Below are positions 17,501 to 24,975 of a stretch of 40,240 bases of DNA, one piece after another. The DNA is from Candidatus Undinarchaeota archaeon. GTDB lineage: Archaea > SpSt-1190 > JASMDC01. The stretch covers positions 1-40,240 of the forward strand of contig CAZFHY010000023.1 in assembly GCA_964519305.1 (NCBI GenBank), read 5' to 3'. The notes beneath the pieces were generated by a model. The model did not search any database. It was given only the letters and a program-made list of their open reading frames with translations, and was not told the DNA's origin. The stretch's first letter is position 1. Every line of letters begins with the position of its first letter. The position numbers and the translations under genes are program-made.

Positions 17501-20003
17501 GCGGAAGGACACATGGAAGGAGCACCGCAAGGAGCGGCTCGTCGACAGACGACGAGAGCTCATCCGCCGGGGCGACGAGATCCGCGAAAGGACCGAGCGT
17601 GCCGTGGAGAAGGCCCAGAGGATCATCACCGAAGTGAGCGCGGCGCTGGAAGAGTTCAAGACTCAAGAGCTCCCTGACGAGCTCAAGCCCGTCCTCGAGA
17701 TGTTCGAGAAGGAGCTCGGGCGTTCCCGCGACCTCGTGGAGCGCGCTAAGGTGCTCACTGAGAACGCCGATGGTGATGGCAGAGCGTACGCGGACGCGAT
17801 CCAGCTCCTAAAGAAGGCCGAGGGCGTGGCGCGTGATGCCAAGTTCCGTGGCATGAAGATGATCACCGAGAGTGAGCGCCGTCAGCGCGAGAAGGTCCGA
17901 CATGATCGTGACGCACTGGCCGACGACATCTTCGGCGAGCTCGAGGAGCGGGAGTCACTGCGCAACCGCATCCTTGGTAAGCGTGACAAGCTCGACGAGC
18001 TTCGCGAGCGTGTCAAGGAACGCAAGGACGAGAAGAAGTTCGGACCTGACCTCAACAAGCCCCGCGAATTCGGCCCGAAGTTCGGTGGCGACCGGTTCGC
18101 AAAGCGCGATCTTGGTAACAGGCGCATTGGCAAGGACTTTTCGGTCCGCGGTGATTCGTGCAAGAAGTGCCTTACGAAATGCGATCGGGAGGAAGAAGGT
18201 CCCGAGTGTGCGTTCATCTGCGCCGACTCGTGCGGACAGAGCCCCTGCGAACTCTGCCACGAGCACTGCCCCACCGAGGCCCCTATGCCCGAGATGTGCC
18301 CGATGATCTGTGACGAGGTGTGCAGCATGGCCGCTGATGTGGCGGACGCCCGCGGGTTCAAGCCGCCGATGCCACCCGGACGCGATAACGAGCGCGTCAG
18401 TAGCGGAGTGACCTGCTGCCAGCCCGACCACGGCGCCAACACACCCGCCTGCACAGTCGACCTCAGAGGTACCTGCCCCGAAGGCTACCGCGCGCTGGAC
18501 GACGAAGCGGTCGATCCGTTCGACGACTTCAACTGTGTCGGTGAGCGTGGCAAGCGTGGGCCGCGGTGCGACGAGTTCGGGCTCAAGGGCGACGGACGCC
18601 GGCCGGACTATGGCCGCGAACCTCAGGAGGACGATGATTGGTTGCCGCCGACCGACGCCTTCCGACGTGGCCCCGGACCCCGGTGTAAGGGGTGTATGCA
18701 GAGCTGTACGGAGAAGGGCGAGGACGGAGCCGAGTGCGGTTTCGTGTGTGAGCCCGTGTGTCAGTTAGGCCCATGCGACCTGTGCGAGGGATGGTGCGAC
18801 GCCACTGGTATCCCGATGAGGGACTGCGATGTGAAGTGCATGCCTGCCTGCGACGAACGCTCTGACCGTGACGGTTTCGGCGAAGGCCGGCAGTGCGGTC
18901 GCTGTGTCGATGATTGCCTAGAGGAGACAGGCTCGATCGAACAGTGCAGCGGTTTGTGCTCCGACCCCTGCCACCGCGATCCGTGCGGTGTATGCAATTC
19001 CTACTGCCAGAAGGGTTCGTCCGATCCGCGGGAGTGCCGCGATGAGTGCCGACAGGTCTGCGATGGCGGTCAGGATAGGCGGGAACCGACGCGCAGCGAT
19101 CCGGTCACAGAGTGCCGCGACAAATGCAAGCGGTCAGGTGACGTGGGCGCGTGCATGCAACAATGTCTAAGCGGCCAGGACCGTCCTGAACCAACGGCCG
19201 ACCGACCACCGCCAGTGCCCGAGGGCCCCGGTCCGATCGAGGTGTGTCGTAAGCAGTGCAGTTCGGTCTCGGACACGCGCGCGTGCATGGACCAGTGCAT
19301 CGCTCGGGAGGAGGGCCGTCAGGACACGTACGGCGGGCCCTCGACGGATGATTACATCCCGGGCGGTAGCCCTGGATTCTTCCCTGGATCAGATCCCTGC
19401 GACGAGTGCCATCAGGAGTGCGACCGCTCGGACTGGCAGGATCAGGGTTCATGCCATGCAAGGTGCGACGAGGACAAGTGTGGCGGAGGACCCAAGGACG
19501 AGTGCCACTTCTGCTGGGAGGACTGCGAACGCGAGGGCGGACACGGCTGCGAGGAGCGGTGCAAGCCCATCTGCGAACGCTTCCACCCGCCGATGCCCCC
19601 GCCGGGGGACATGTGCGGCGAGTGCTGGTACAAATGCGAGGAGGAAGAGCAGCGGCCGCAGTATGAATGCGAGCGCGAGTGCAAGCCCCTCTGCGAGTTC
19701 GGAGGTATGCCACCGCCACCGCCACCGCATGACCGGTGCGGGAACTGCTTCTACGAGTGCGAGTTCAAGGAGAACCAGCCATGGAGCGAGTGCGAACAGC
19801 GGTGCAAGCCAGGGTGCGGATTTGGGAGCGGGCCGGGTGACATGCCCCCTAGTGGATTCGGAACTTTCGAAGGGTATGTACCACCCGGGGACCTCGTGGG
19901 TGAGTCCAACCCACAACCAGCGCCCGGCCCGATGTATCCCGATGACACGTACGTCCCGCCCGGCGATCTCGTCGGTGAGTCCAATCCGCAACCGGCGCCC
20001 TAG
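14568..20003 (+). CDS. Giant secreted surface protein: PT linker, CxPPDC repeats, carbohydrate-binding-like domain, TSP3-like Ca motif, cell-wall-binding-2 repeats, coiled coil, long Cys-rich tail
   Basis: Signal peptide. NHITNPSFEDGTNGW. DGDEDKDCIPNAKDACP. YPDAIVGG..ELLT, RLWGMTRFGTA and PILLT are CWB2 motifs. Many CxxCxxxC units. Confidence 0.85.
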   Translation: MGRQRTLFTLLIAIALLAVAEPTIEPTYEPGAPTPELTAVPSAEPSAEPSVVPDAAPSADPSPVPSADPTAVPSAIPSASPSAIPTDVPGTTALPSPEPTTEAPEPTSPPEDVPPEEDAACLPPDCVTEETICIPPDCTDQPTEGMCVPPDCTETPVDEMCIPPRCTDLTGSFNHITNPSFEDGTNGWEVKLEGTFDEKWCPHGDGTEVKQLKKGEKLAIGTGEIPPFDGNSFMGSWVCSTGASSIQYRQRLGMAPGLLNDLTFALYDTFPESDPNESWKWSLGVQVELLDASENSIYTLTYGITRDDYEFPPITSTSMTRTVEPVIDVEGNNWKAFALKPAREIMKAGIDPTKVALVDLRFVVKGFNSNYYLLLDDVKMGHGVGEGANYFDNPEGMIAPSSTDQSAPLGETAKENVRKWEWKDDPDGDEDKDCIPNAKDACPETPGVTAEEGCPIDDDVWELKTLGPGVTSARFEWRYTREYKVYAKSFAVKVTQGPSPKIDGVETVDTVSDEYAWHTVTVGPYNPSRTECLDLSVTFVSQDPLWAADTFTLTPCTKVVGKAQGTMAYVLNTDASGKLGIFGRTGYDPVTINVKVSDVAGAVLADKDVKNDLVFEGENLEGPLNVALTNTYRSDCDKMLHIESDYPVLLSATADGALAYARREVIEDEYGLDALVLATTINYPDAIVGGAIAKKLGVPELLTPPEELPEDVASFIADERPKEIILIGGTAVISADIEEKLLADGFDVVRLWGMTRFGTAAELAQYAWNAGVDEAVVVYDRSEGTEGDEHTQLVMAKSLAAARIVPILLTSNEELSEATKEALEDLGVKKVTLVGPAFAAEVVEALDALNIEVEVVTGETVEEVNEKLQEEVVEELEKNLPEGGLTRLVVVAAGTDFMASISLPALPEATASLVLADEEQIQDVIDFITEHGIKEVTVVGIPELTSKVVARLLLVEGIEVSALSTKSIEKSLVDRLKERKDTWKEHRKERLVDRRRELIRRGDEIRERTERAVEKAQRIITEVSAALEEFKTQELPDELKPVLEMFEKELGRSRDLVERAKVLTENADGDGRAYADAIQLLKKAEGVARDAKFRGMKMITESERRQREKVRHDRDALADDIFGELEERESLRNRILGKRDKLDELRERVKERKDEKKFGPDLNKPREFGPKFGGDRFAKRDLGNRRIGKDFSVRGDSCKKCLTKCDREEEGPECAFICADSCGQSPCELCHEHCPTEAPMPEMCPMICDEVCSMAADVADARGFKPPMPPGRDNERVSSGVTCCQPDHGANTPACTVDLRGTCPEGYRALDDEAVDPFDDFNCVGERGKRGPRCDEFGLKGDGRRPDYGREPQEDDDWLPPTDAFRRGPGPRCKGCMQSCTEKGEDGAECGFVCEPVCQLGPCDLCEGWCDATGIPMRDCDVKCMPACDERSDRDGFGEGRQCGRCVDDCLEETGSIEQCSGLCSDPCHRDPCGVCNSYCQKGSSDPRECRDECRQVCDGGQDRREPTRSDPVTECRDKCKRSGDVGACMQQCLSGQDRPEPTADRPPPVPEGPGPIEVCRKQCSSVSDTRACMDQCIAREEGRQDTYGGPSTDDYIPGGSPGFFPGSDPCDECHQECDRSDWQDQGSCHARCDEDKCGGGPKDECHFCWEDCEREGGHGCEERCKPICERFHPPMPPPGDMCGECWYKCEEEEQRPQYECERECKPLCEFGGMPPPPPPHDRCGNCFYECEFKENQPWSECEQRCKPGCGFGSGPGDMPPSGFGTFEGYVPPGDLVGESNPQPAPGPMYPDDTYVPPGDLVGESNPQPAP
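19875..20000 (+). repeat. Two copies of YVPPGDLVGESNPQPAP (75-bp period) at the C-terminus
   Basis: Copies at 19875-19925 and 19950-20000 encode an identical peptide with synonymous differences. Confidence 0.85.
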
Positions 20004-20009
20004 ATGATC

Positions 20010-20672
20010 CTACATGAGGCGTGAGAGCGCCCCGAGGACGAGGGTCAGACTCTGGCTGAGACCGTCGAACAGGAAGGTCAGCACCGTCGAGTTACCCGAG
20101 TCGACGAAGCGTAGCACGATGCCCACGAACACCACGTTCATGAGGTAGAGGAACACCAGCGAGAAGAACTTCCCGCTCTTCTCGATGTCGGGCTGGTGGA
20201 ACGAGAACTCGTGCCAGGTCGACAGGAGGTGGTAGCAGTACGTGAACCCTGCGAAGAACACGACGTAGAGGCTGTACTCGTCCTTGATGACAGGGGCCAT
20301 CAGGAGCACGAGCACCGTGACGGTGGGGAGGAAGTAGGGAGCGAGCGTGATGATGAAGTTCGTGTGCGTGTGGGAGATGTGGCCTCCCTTCTTGTCCGAT
20401 GCCTGGAACTCGATCACTTCGGAGCCCATGAGCCATGCGACGACCGTGTGCGTGAGCTCGTGCTCGAACACCTCAGCGAAGCCCTGCTTCTTAGCACCGC
20501 CGATGCGTGCGGCGAGCCGTCGATGGAGGAGGAAGAATCCCATCCCGACCAGGAATGACACCGATCGCGGTGAGATCCTGATCAGGGAACGGATGACATC
20601 GAGCAGTGCCAGTGTGTACCCGGCACAGAGGGGGATGAGGAGCACGGCAAAAATGTTCCTGAGAACGCCCAT
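20010..20672 (-). CDS. M50B-like membrane zinc metallopeptidase
   Basis: HELTH (HExxH) next to TM helices, LAPYFLP motif and a distal Asp (QPD). TTTATA about 26 nt before ATG 20672. Confidence 0.75.
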   Translation of the reverse strand: MGVLRNIFAVLLIPLCAGYTLALLDVIRSLIRISPRSVSFLVGMGFFLLHRRLAARIGGAKKQGFAEVFEHELTHTVVAWLMGSEVIEFQASDKKGGHISHTHTNFIITLAPYFLPTVTVLVLLMAPVIKDEYSLYVVFFAGFTYCYHLLSTWHEFSFHQPDIEKSGKFFSLVFLYLMNVVFVGIVLRFVDSGNSTVLTFLFDGLSQSLTLVLGALSRLM

Positions 20673-20920
20673 GGTCCCGTCCATTCGTGCGGATATAATA
20701 TAAATCATCAATGACACACCTTCTGTCGGTAGGTATGAGCATCTCCGTGCCCGATATCCTTCTTGGCCTCCTCATAGGGGTAGTCATTCTGATACTCGGT
20801 ATCCTCAAGAAGCTCCTGTTCGAGGAGTTCTAGGTCCCTGCGCATCCCTTCGGGCCCGCACCGTGGACCGTCCTGCACTCGCCCAAACATTTTAATTCCT
20901 GAGAGGGTCCTGTACCCGCG

Positions 20921-23185
20921 ATGGACCTTCGCCGACGCGACCTGAGCGGTATCGCGCTCCTCTCGGCAGCGGCCCTATTCCTCGAGGTGTCGCTGACCCG
21001 CGTGCTCTCGGTCGCACTGTGGCACCACTTCGCCGTCATGGTCGTCGGCTGCGCCGTCATGGGCATCGCCGCATCGGGAACGCTCCTCTCCGTCCGCCGC
21101 CGGCTAGTGGATCCCGAGCTCCTGGCCGCATGGCCCGCACTCTTCGCGGCGTTGGCGGCGTCCGCATTCATGCTCGCATCCCTCTCACCAGTGGACCCCT
21201 ACGCCTTGGTGCTCACCCATCAGCGTCTCTGGCTCGTCCCGGTCTACTACATCTTCATCGCCCTCCCGTTCCTCTGCGTCGGGATGTGCACCGGCACGGC
21301 CTACGCGCTCTCCCCCGGCCGGCCGTGGCGCGTGTACCTGGCCGACATGCTGGGTGCGTCCCTCGGTTGCCTGGCGGCGTCCGCTTGGGGCGGTCCCACA
21401 GTACCCCTTGTCGCCGCGCTCGCTGGCGCCTGTGCGGCCCCGCTCATGGCAAGGGACCGGACCGCAGCGGTGCCTGGCATACTCATGGGATTGGCCCTGG
21501 TCATAGCCGTCGGTAGTCCCGGTCTGGCCGTACCCCTCTCCCCCTACAAGGGTCTTGAGCATGACCTCAACTATGCTTCGGCGCACATAATCTCCACTGA
21601 GTGGGGCCCCTCGAGCCGTGTCGACGTGCTCAACGCCACCCGTCCCGATGGAGGTTCGCCCCTGCGGTTCGCACCGGGGATGAGCCTGAACTGCCCCGTA
21701 CCAGTCCCTCCGCAGTTGGGTGTTTACGTGGACGGCGAGGCCGCGGGCGGTGTGCCGGGTGACGACCTTGCTTTCACTGCATGCCTGCCCTCTGTCGTCC
21801 CCCTTCCCCGGCGTCCGGGAGATGTGCTGGTGCTACGCCCCGGAGCGGGCCTCGATATCGCGGTAGCTCTCCATGCCGGAGCCTTGTCGGTGACCGCGGT
21901 TGAACCCGATCCAGTGCTCCGAACGGTCCAGGACAGGTATCTCACCACCGATACGCGCGTGTCCCTGGTCGCTGAGGCGCCACGTCCGCTCCTCGCTCGC
22001 TCTCCCGGCGCGTTCGATGTCATCCTCCTCACCCAAGGCGGGCGCGCGTTCGTCTCCTCTGCCGGACTTGCGACCCTTGAGGCCGACGAGCTGCTCACCA
22101 CCGAGGGCTTGGGTGCCGCCATCGACGCTCTAAGGCCGGGCGGTCTCCTGGTGGTCACCCGCTACCTACACCCCGTGCCCCGGGACAGCGTGAAGCTCGT
22201 GTCCACTCTCGCAGAGGCCCTGCGGCACCGGGGTGTCACAGCTCCGGAGTCCCGCATCGCCGTGTTCACGTCCTACTCCACCTACACGGTCGTGGCCTCC
22301 CCTGATACGCTCCCCACCGAGCTGCTTGAGCGCATCCGCTCACGGTGCGATGAGCGCGGGTGCCCCGTCGCGTTCCCTGGTGGTGGGGAGGGGCTGCTCT
22401 TCCGTGATATCCACGGCGTGGTCACCGATACAGAGGGGACCCTGGCCGGGCATGCCTTTGATGTCCGACCGTCCTCGGACGACCGGCCGTTCTTTGCCCG
22501 GTTCTTCCGTCTCTCGCGGACCGACGACCTCTATCGTGGGGGCGGGAGCTGGGAGCCTCTCATCGAGGGCGGGTTCATCGTTCCTCTTATGCTCTTCCAG
22601 GCCCTCGTCCTGGCGGTAGTCCTCGTGGTCCTTCCGCTCAAGGGACAATTCGCACAGGTCCCGCGCACTGTACCCTTGTACTTCTCGCTTGTGGGTCTGG
22701 CGTACATGTCCGTGGAGGTGGCCCTTATACACCGTATTCTTCCGCTCCTGGACTCTCCGACCGCCACTCTCTCGGTGACCCTCGCCGCCCTGCTCGCCTC
22801 GTCCGGCCTCGGTGCGCTCCTGTCATCGCGGACGAAGGACCCGTCCCGTGCCATCGTGACACTAGGTGTCCTCTGCATCGCGGCCCCTTTCCTCCTGGAC
22901 GTCCTCATTCCCGGCGTCCTCGCCCTTGACAGGGTGCAGCGGTCGATGGCCGTCGTCGCCCTCGTAGCACCGTTGGGCCTTCTTATGGGGGTGCCATTCC
23001 CAACGGGCCTCGCGCGGATCGACAAGGACGTGGTCCCCGTGGCCTGGGCCCTCAACGGTGCTTCTTCGGTCGTGGGCTCCCTTGCCGCCCAGGAACTGGG
23101 GATGGTCGTGGGTTTCCGATGGGCGCTCGCAGGGGCCGGGTGCTGCTACATCGTCGCATGGCATGTTCTACCACAAGAGGCCTAG
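20921..23185 (+). CDS. Spermidine-synthase-like SAM-dependent methyltransferase fused to multi-TM domains
   Basis: FLEVSLTRVLS N-terminus, VLVLRPGAGLD..VTAVEPDP, SSDDRPFF, AWALNGASSVVG. TTTTTAAT at 20890-20897. Confidence 0.85.
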   Translation: MDLRRRDLSGIALLSAAALFLEVSLTRVLSVALWHHFAVMVVGCAVMGIAASGTLLSVRRRLVDPELLAAWPALFAALAASAFMLASLSPVDPYALVLTHQRLWLVPVYYIFIALPFLCVGMCTGTAYALSPGRPWRVYLADMLGASLGCLAASAWGGPTVPLVAALAGACAAPLMARDRTAAVPGILMGLALVIAVGSPGLAVPLSPYKGLEHDLNYASAHIISTEWGPSSRVDVLNATRPDGGSPLRFAPGMSLNCPVPVPPQLGVYVDGEAAGGVPGDDLAFTACLPSVVPLPRRPGDVLVLRPGAGLDIAVALHAGALSVTAVEPDPVLRTVQDRYLTTDTRVSLVAEAPRPLLARSPGAFDVILLTQGGRAFVSSAGLATLEADELLTTEGLGAAIDALRPGGLLVVTRYLHPVPRDSVKLVSTLAEALRHRGVTAPESRIAVFTSYSTYTVVASPDTLPTELLERIRSRCDERGCPVAFPGGGEGLLFRDIHGVVTDTEGTLAGHAFDVRPSSDDRPFFARFFRLSRTDDLYRGGGSWEPLIEGGFIVPLMLFQALVLAVVLVVLPLKGQFAQVPRTVPLYFSLVGLAYMSVEVALIHRILPLLDSPTATLSVTLAALLASSGLGALLSSRTKDPSRAIVTLGVLCIAAPFLLDVLIPGVLALDRVQRSMAVVALVAPLGLLMGVPFPTGLARIDKDVVPVAWALNGASSVVGSLAAQELGMVVGFRWALAGAGCCYIVAWHVLPQEA

Positions 23186-23249
23186 TGTTCCCCATCGCTG
23201 GCCGAGAATAAACGCTTATATTACTGCGGTCCATCACCTTGCACCGTAG

Positions 23250-24965
23250 GTGGTACCGCTGGTTCCGAAGAAGGACGATAAGTTGTACGAGGAGGAGGGC
23301 GAGGACCTTGTGGAGGTCGTCGAGGAGGAGGCTTCGTACACCGGTGTACGTGAGCTCGACCTCATGCTCGGGGGTGGATTCCCGAAGGGTGCAGTCGTGC
23401 TCCTGTCCGGCTCGTCCGGTAGCGGTAAGACCATCCTGTCCTCCCAGTGGCTCTTCGCCGGAGTGAAGCATGGAGAGAAGGGTCTGTACTTCACCGTCAC
23501 GGAGCCCCTTTTCAAGGCGGTAGAGAACCTCGAGGCCATGGGGTTCTACGACCGGGAGGCGCTGGAGAGCGAGCATATCAGGATCGTGGACCTGCGGGAC
23601 GTGATTACCGACGACGGCAAGGACGGGTTCGACCAGGACAAGGTCATCGATTTCATCGAAAAGCAGGTCAAATCCCACAACGCCAAGCGCTTGTGCATCG
23701 ACTCCATCACCGCCATCGCCTACCAGCTCCATGACAAGGCCCAGATCCGACGGTTCATCTTCCGCCTCGGTACAGTCCTGGCAAGTCTCGGGTGTACCAC
23801 AATCCTAACCAGCGAGGTCACCGAGAGCGGCCGGTACTCCGTGTACGGTGTCGAGGAGTTCATCTCCGACGCCATCGTTCGGATGGACCAGGTGAAGGTG
23901 CGGGGCGAGCTCCAGCGTGTGATGGGCATGGTCAAGGTCAGGGGCCGAAGCTACCGGGCCGAGGAGCTCTTCTTCAGGATCACCGACAACGGTATCACGG
24001 CCTTCCCGCAGCTGAGGACCAAGCTCGAATACGGTTCCTCCACCGAGCGTCACTCCACGGGCGTTCCCGAGCTGGACGAGATGCTCATGGGGGGTATGCT
24101 AGGGGGCGCGTCAACACTCGTCGCCGGCCCCACGGGTACGGGGAAGACACTATTGGGCATGCACTTCATCATGGAAGGGCTACGCCACGGCGAGACATGC
24201 CTGTTCGTCGGGTTCGAGGAGAGCAGAGAGCAGTTCCTTCGCAACGCCAAGGGGTTCGGCTGGGACATGGAGTGGTACGAGCGCGAGGGGATGCTGACCA
24301 TCCGGTGCGCGTACCCCGGGGAGAAGCTCCCCGAGGAGCATCTGCACGATATCAAGCACCTCGTGGAGAAGAACGATGTCAAGCGGTGCGTGGTCGACTC
24401 GCTCTCATCGGTGTCCAACTCGTACACCAGTGAGGTGTTCGATGGCTTCGCCCAGCGGCTCAACGGCTATCTGAAGGCGCAGAGGTTGACCACCCTCTTC
24501 ACGATGGCCACCCAATCCCTCATCGGCCAGACAACGCTCACGGAGAGCAACCTCTCCACCATGACCGACAACATCGTCATGCTGCGGTACGTGGAGATGG
24601 AGGGTGAGCTCAGGCTCATGCTCAACATCCTCAAGGTGCGCGGTAGCGCCCACAGTAAGGGATTGCGGCGGTACGACATCACCAATGAGGGCATGCAGAT
24701 CGGCCCGAGCTTTGCTGGATACGAGGGCGTGCTCACCGGTGTCGGCCGGAAGGTCTCCGATTCCGTCGAGGAGCGCGTCGAGGAGGAGTTCCGCAGATTC
24801 ATCGGACCCATGGCCGGGACCGTGTTCACCGACCTGAAGACCCGCGGCCTTACCAAGGAGCACATCGACGAGTACCTCAAGGACCTCACCCGGCAGGGCA
24901 TCCTCAAGAAGGACGATGCTACACGGTTCAAGGAGCGTATCCTCGCCATCATCGACGGCGCTTAA
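23250..24965 (+). CDS. kaiC: Double-domain KaiC-family ATPase/autokinase with C-terminal helical extension
   Basis: Two RecA domains (GSSGSGKT, GPTGTGKT), FEES, VKVRG/LKVRG arginine fingers. LSTMTDNIVMLRYVE aligns with the KaiC S431/T432 segment. CTTATATT at 23215. Confidence 0.9.
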   Translation: MVPLVPKKDDKLYEEEGEDLVEVVEEEASYTGVRELDLMLGGGFPKGAVVLLSGSSGSGKTILSSQWLFAGVKHGEKGLYFTVTEPLFKAVENLEAMGFYDREALESEHIRIVDLRDVITDDGKDGFDQDKVIDFIEKQVKSHNAKRLCIDSITAIAYQLHDKAQIRRFIFRLGTVLASLGCTTILTSEVTESGRYSVYGVEEFISDAIVRMDQVKVRGELQRVMGMVKVRGRSYRAEELFFRITDNGITAFPQLRTKLEYGSSTERHSTGVPELDEMLMGGMLGGASTLVAGPTGTGKTLLGMHFIMEGLRHGETCLFVGFEESREQFLRNAKGFGWDMEWYEREGMLTIRCAYPGEKLPEEHLHDIKHLVEKNDVKRCVVDSLSSVSNSYTSEVFDGFAQRLNGYLKAQRLTTLFTMATQSLIGQTTLTESNLSTMTDNIVMLRYVEMEGELRLMLNILKVRGSAHSKGLRRYDITNEGMQIGPSFAGYEGVLTGVGRKVSDSVEERVEEEFRRFIGPMAGTVFTDLKTRGLTKEHIDEYLKDLTRQGILKKDDATRFKERILAIIDGA

Positions 24966-24975
24966 TGGGGTAACA

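Noticed and set aside
18155-19820. Multiheme cytochrome c
   Set aside because: Only sporadic CxxCH among many CxxC units; the pattern fits disulfide hairpins better.
23250-24965. Canonical KaiABC circadian clock
   Set aside because: No kaiA or kaiB in the window, and the KaiA-binding tail is replaced.
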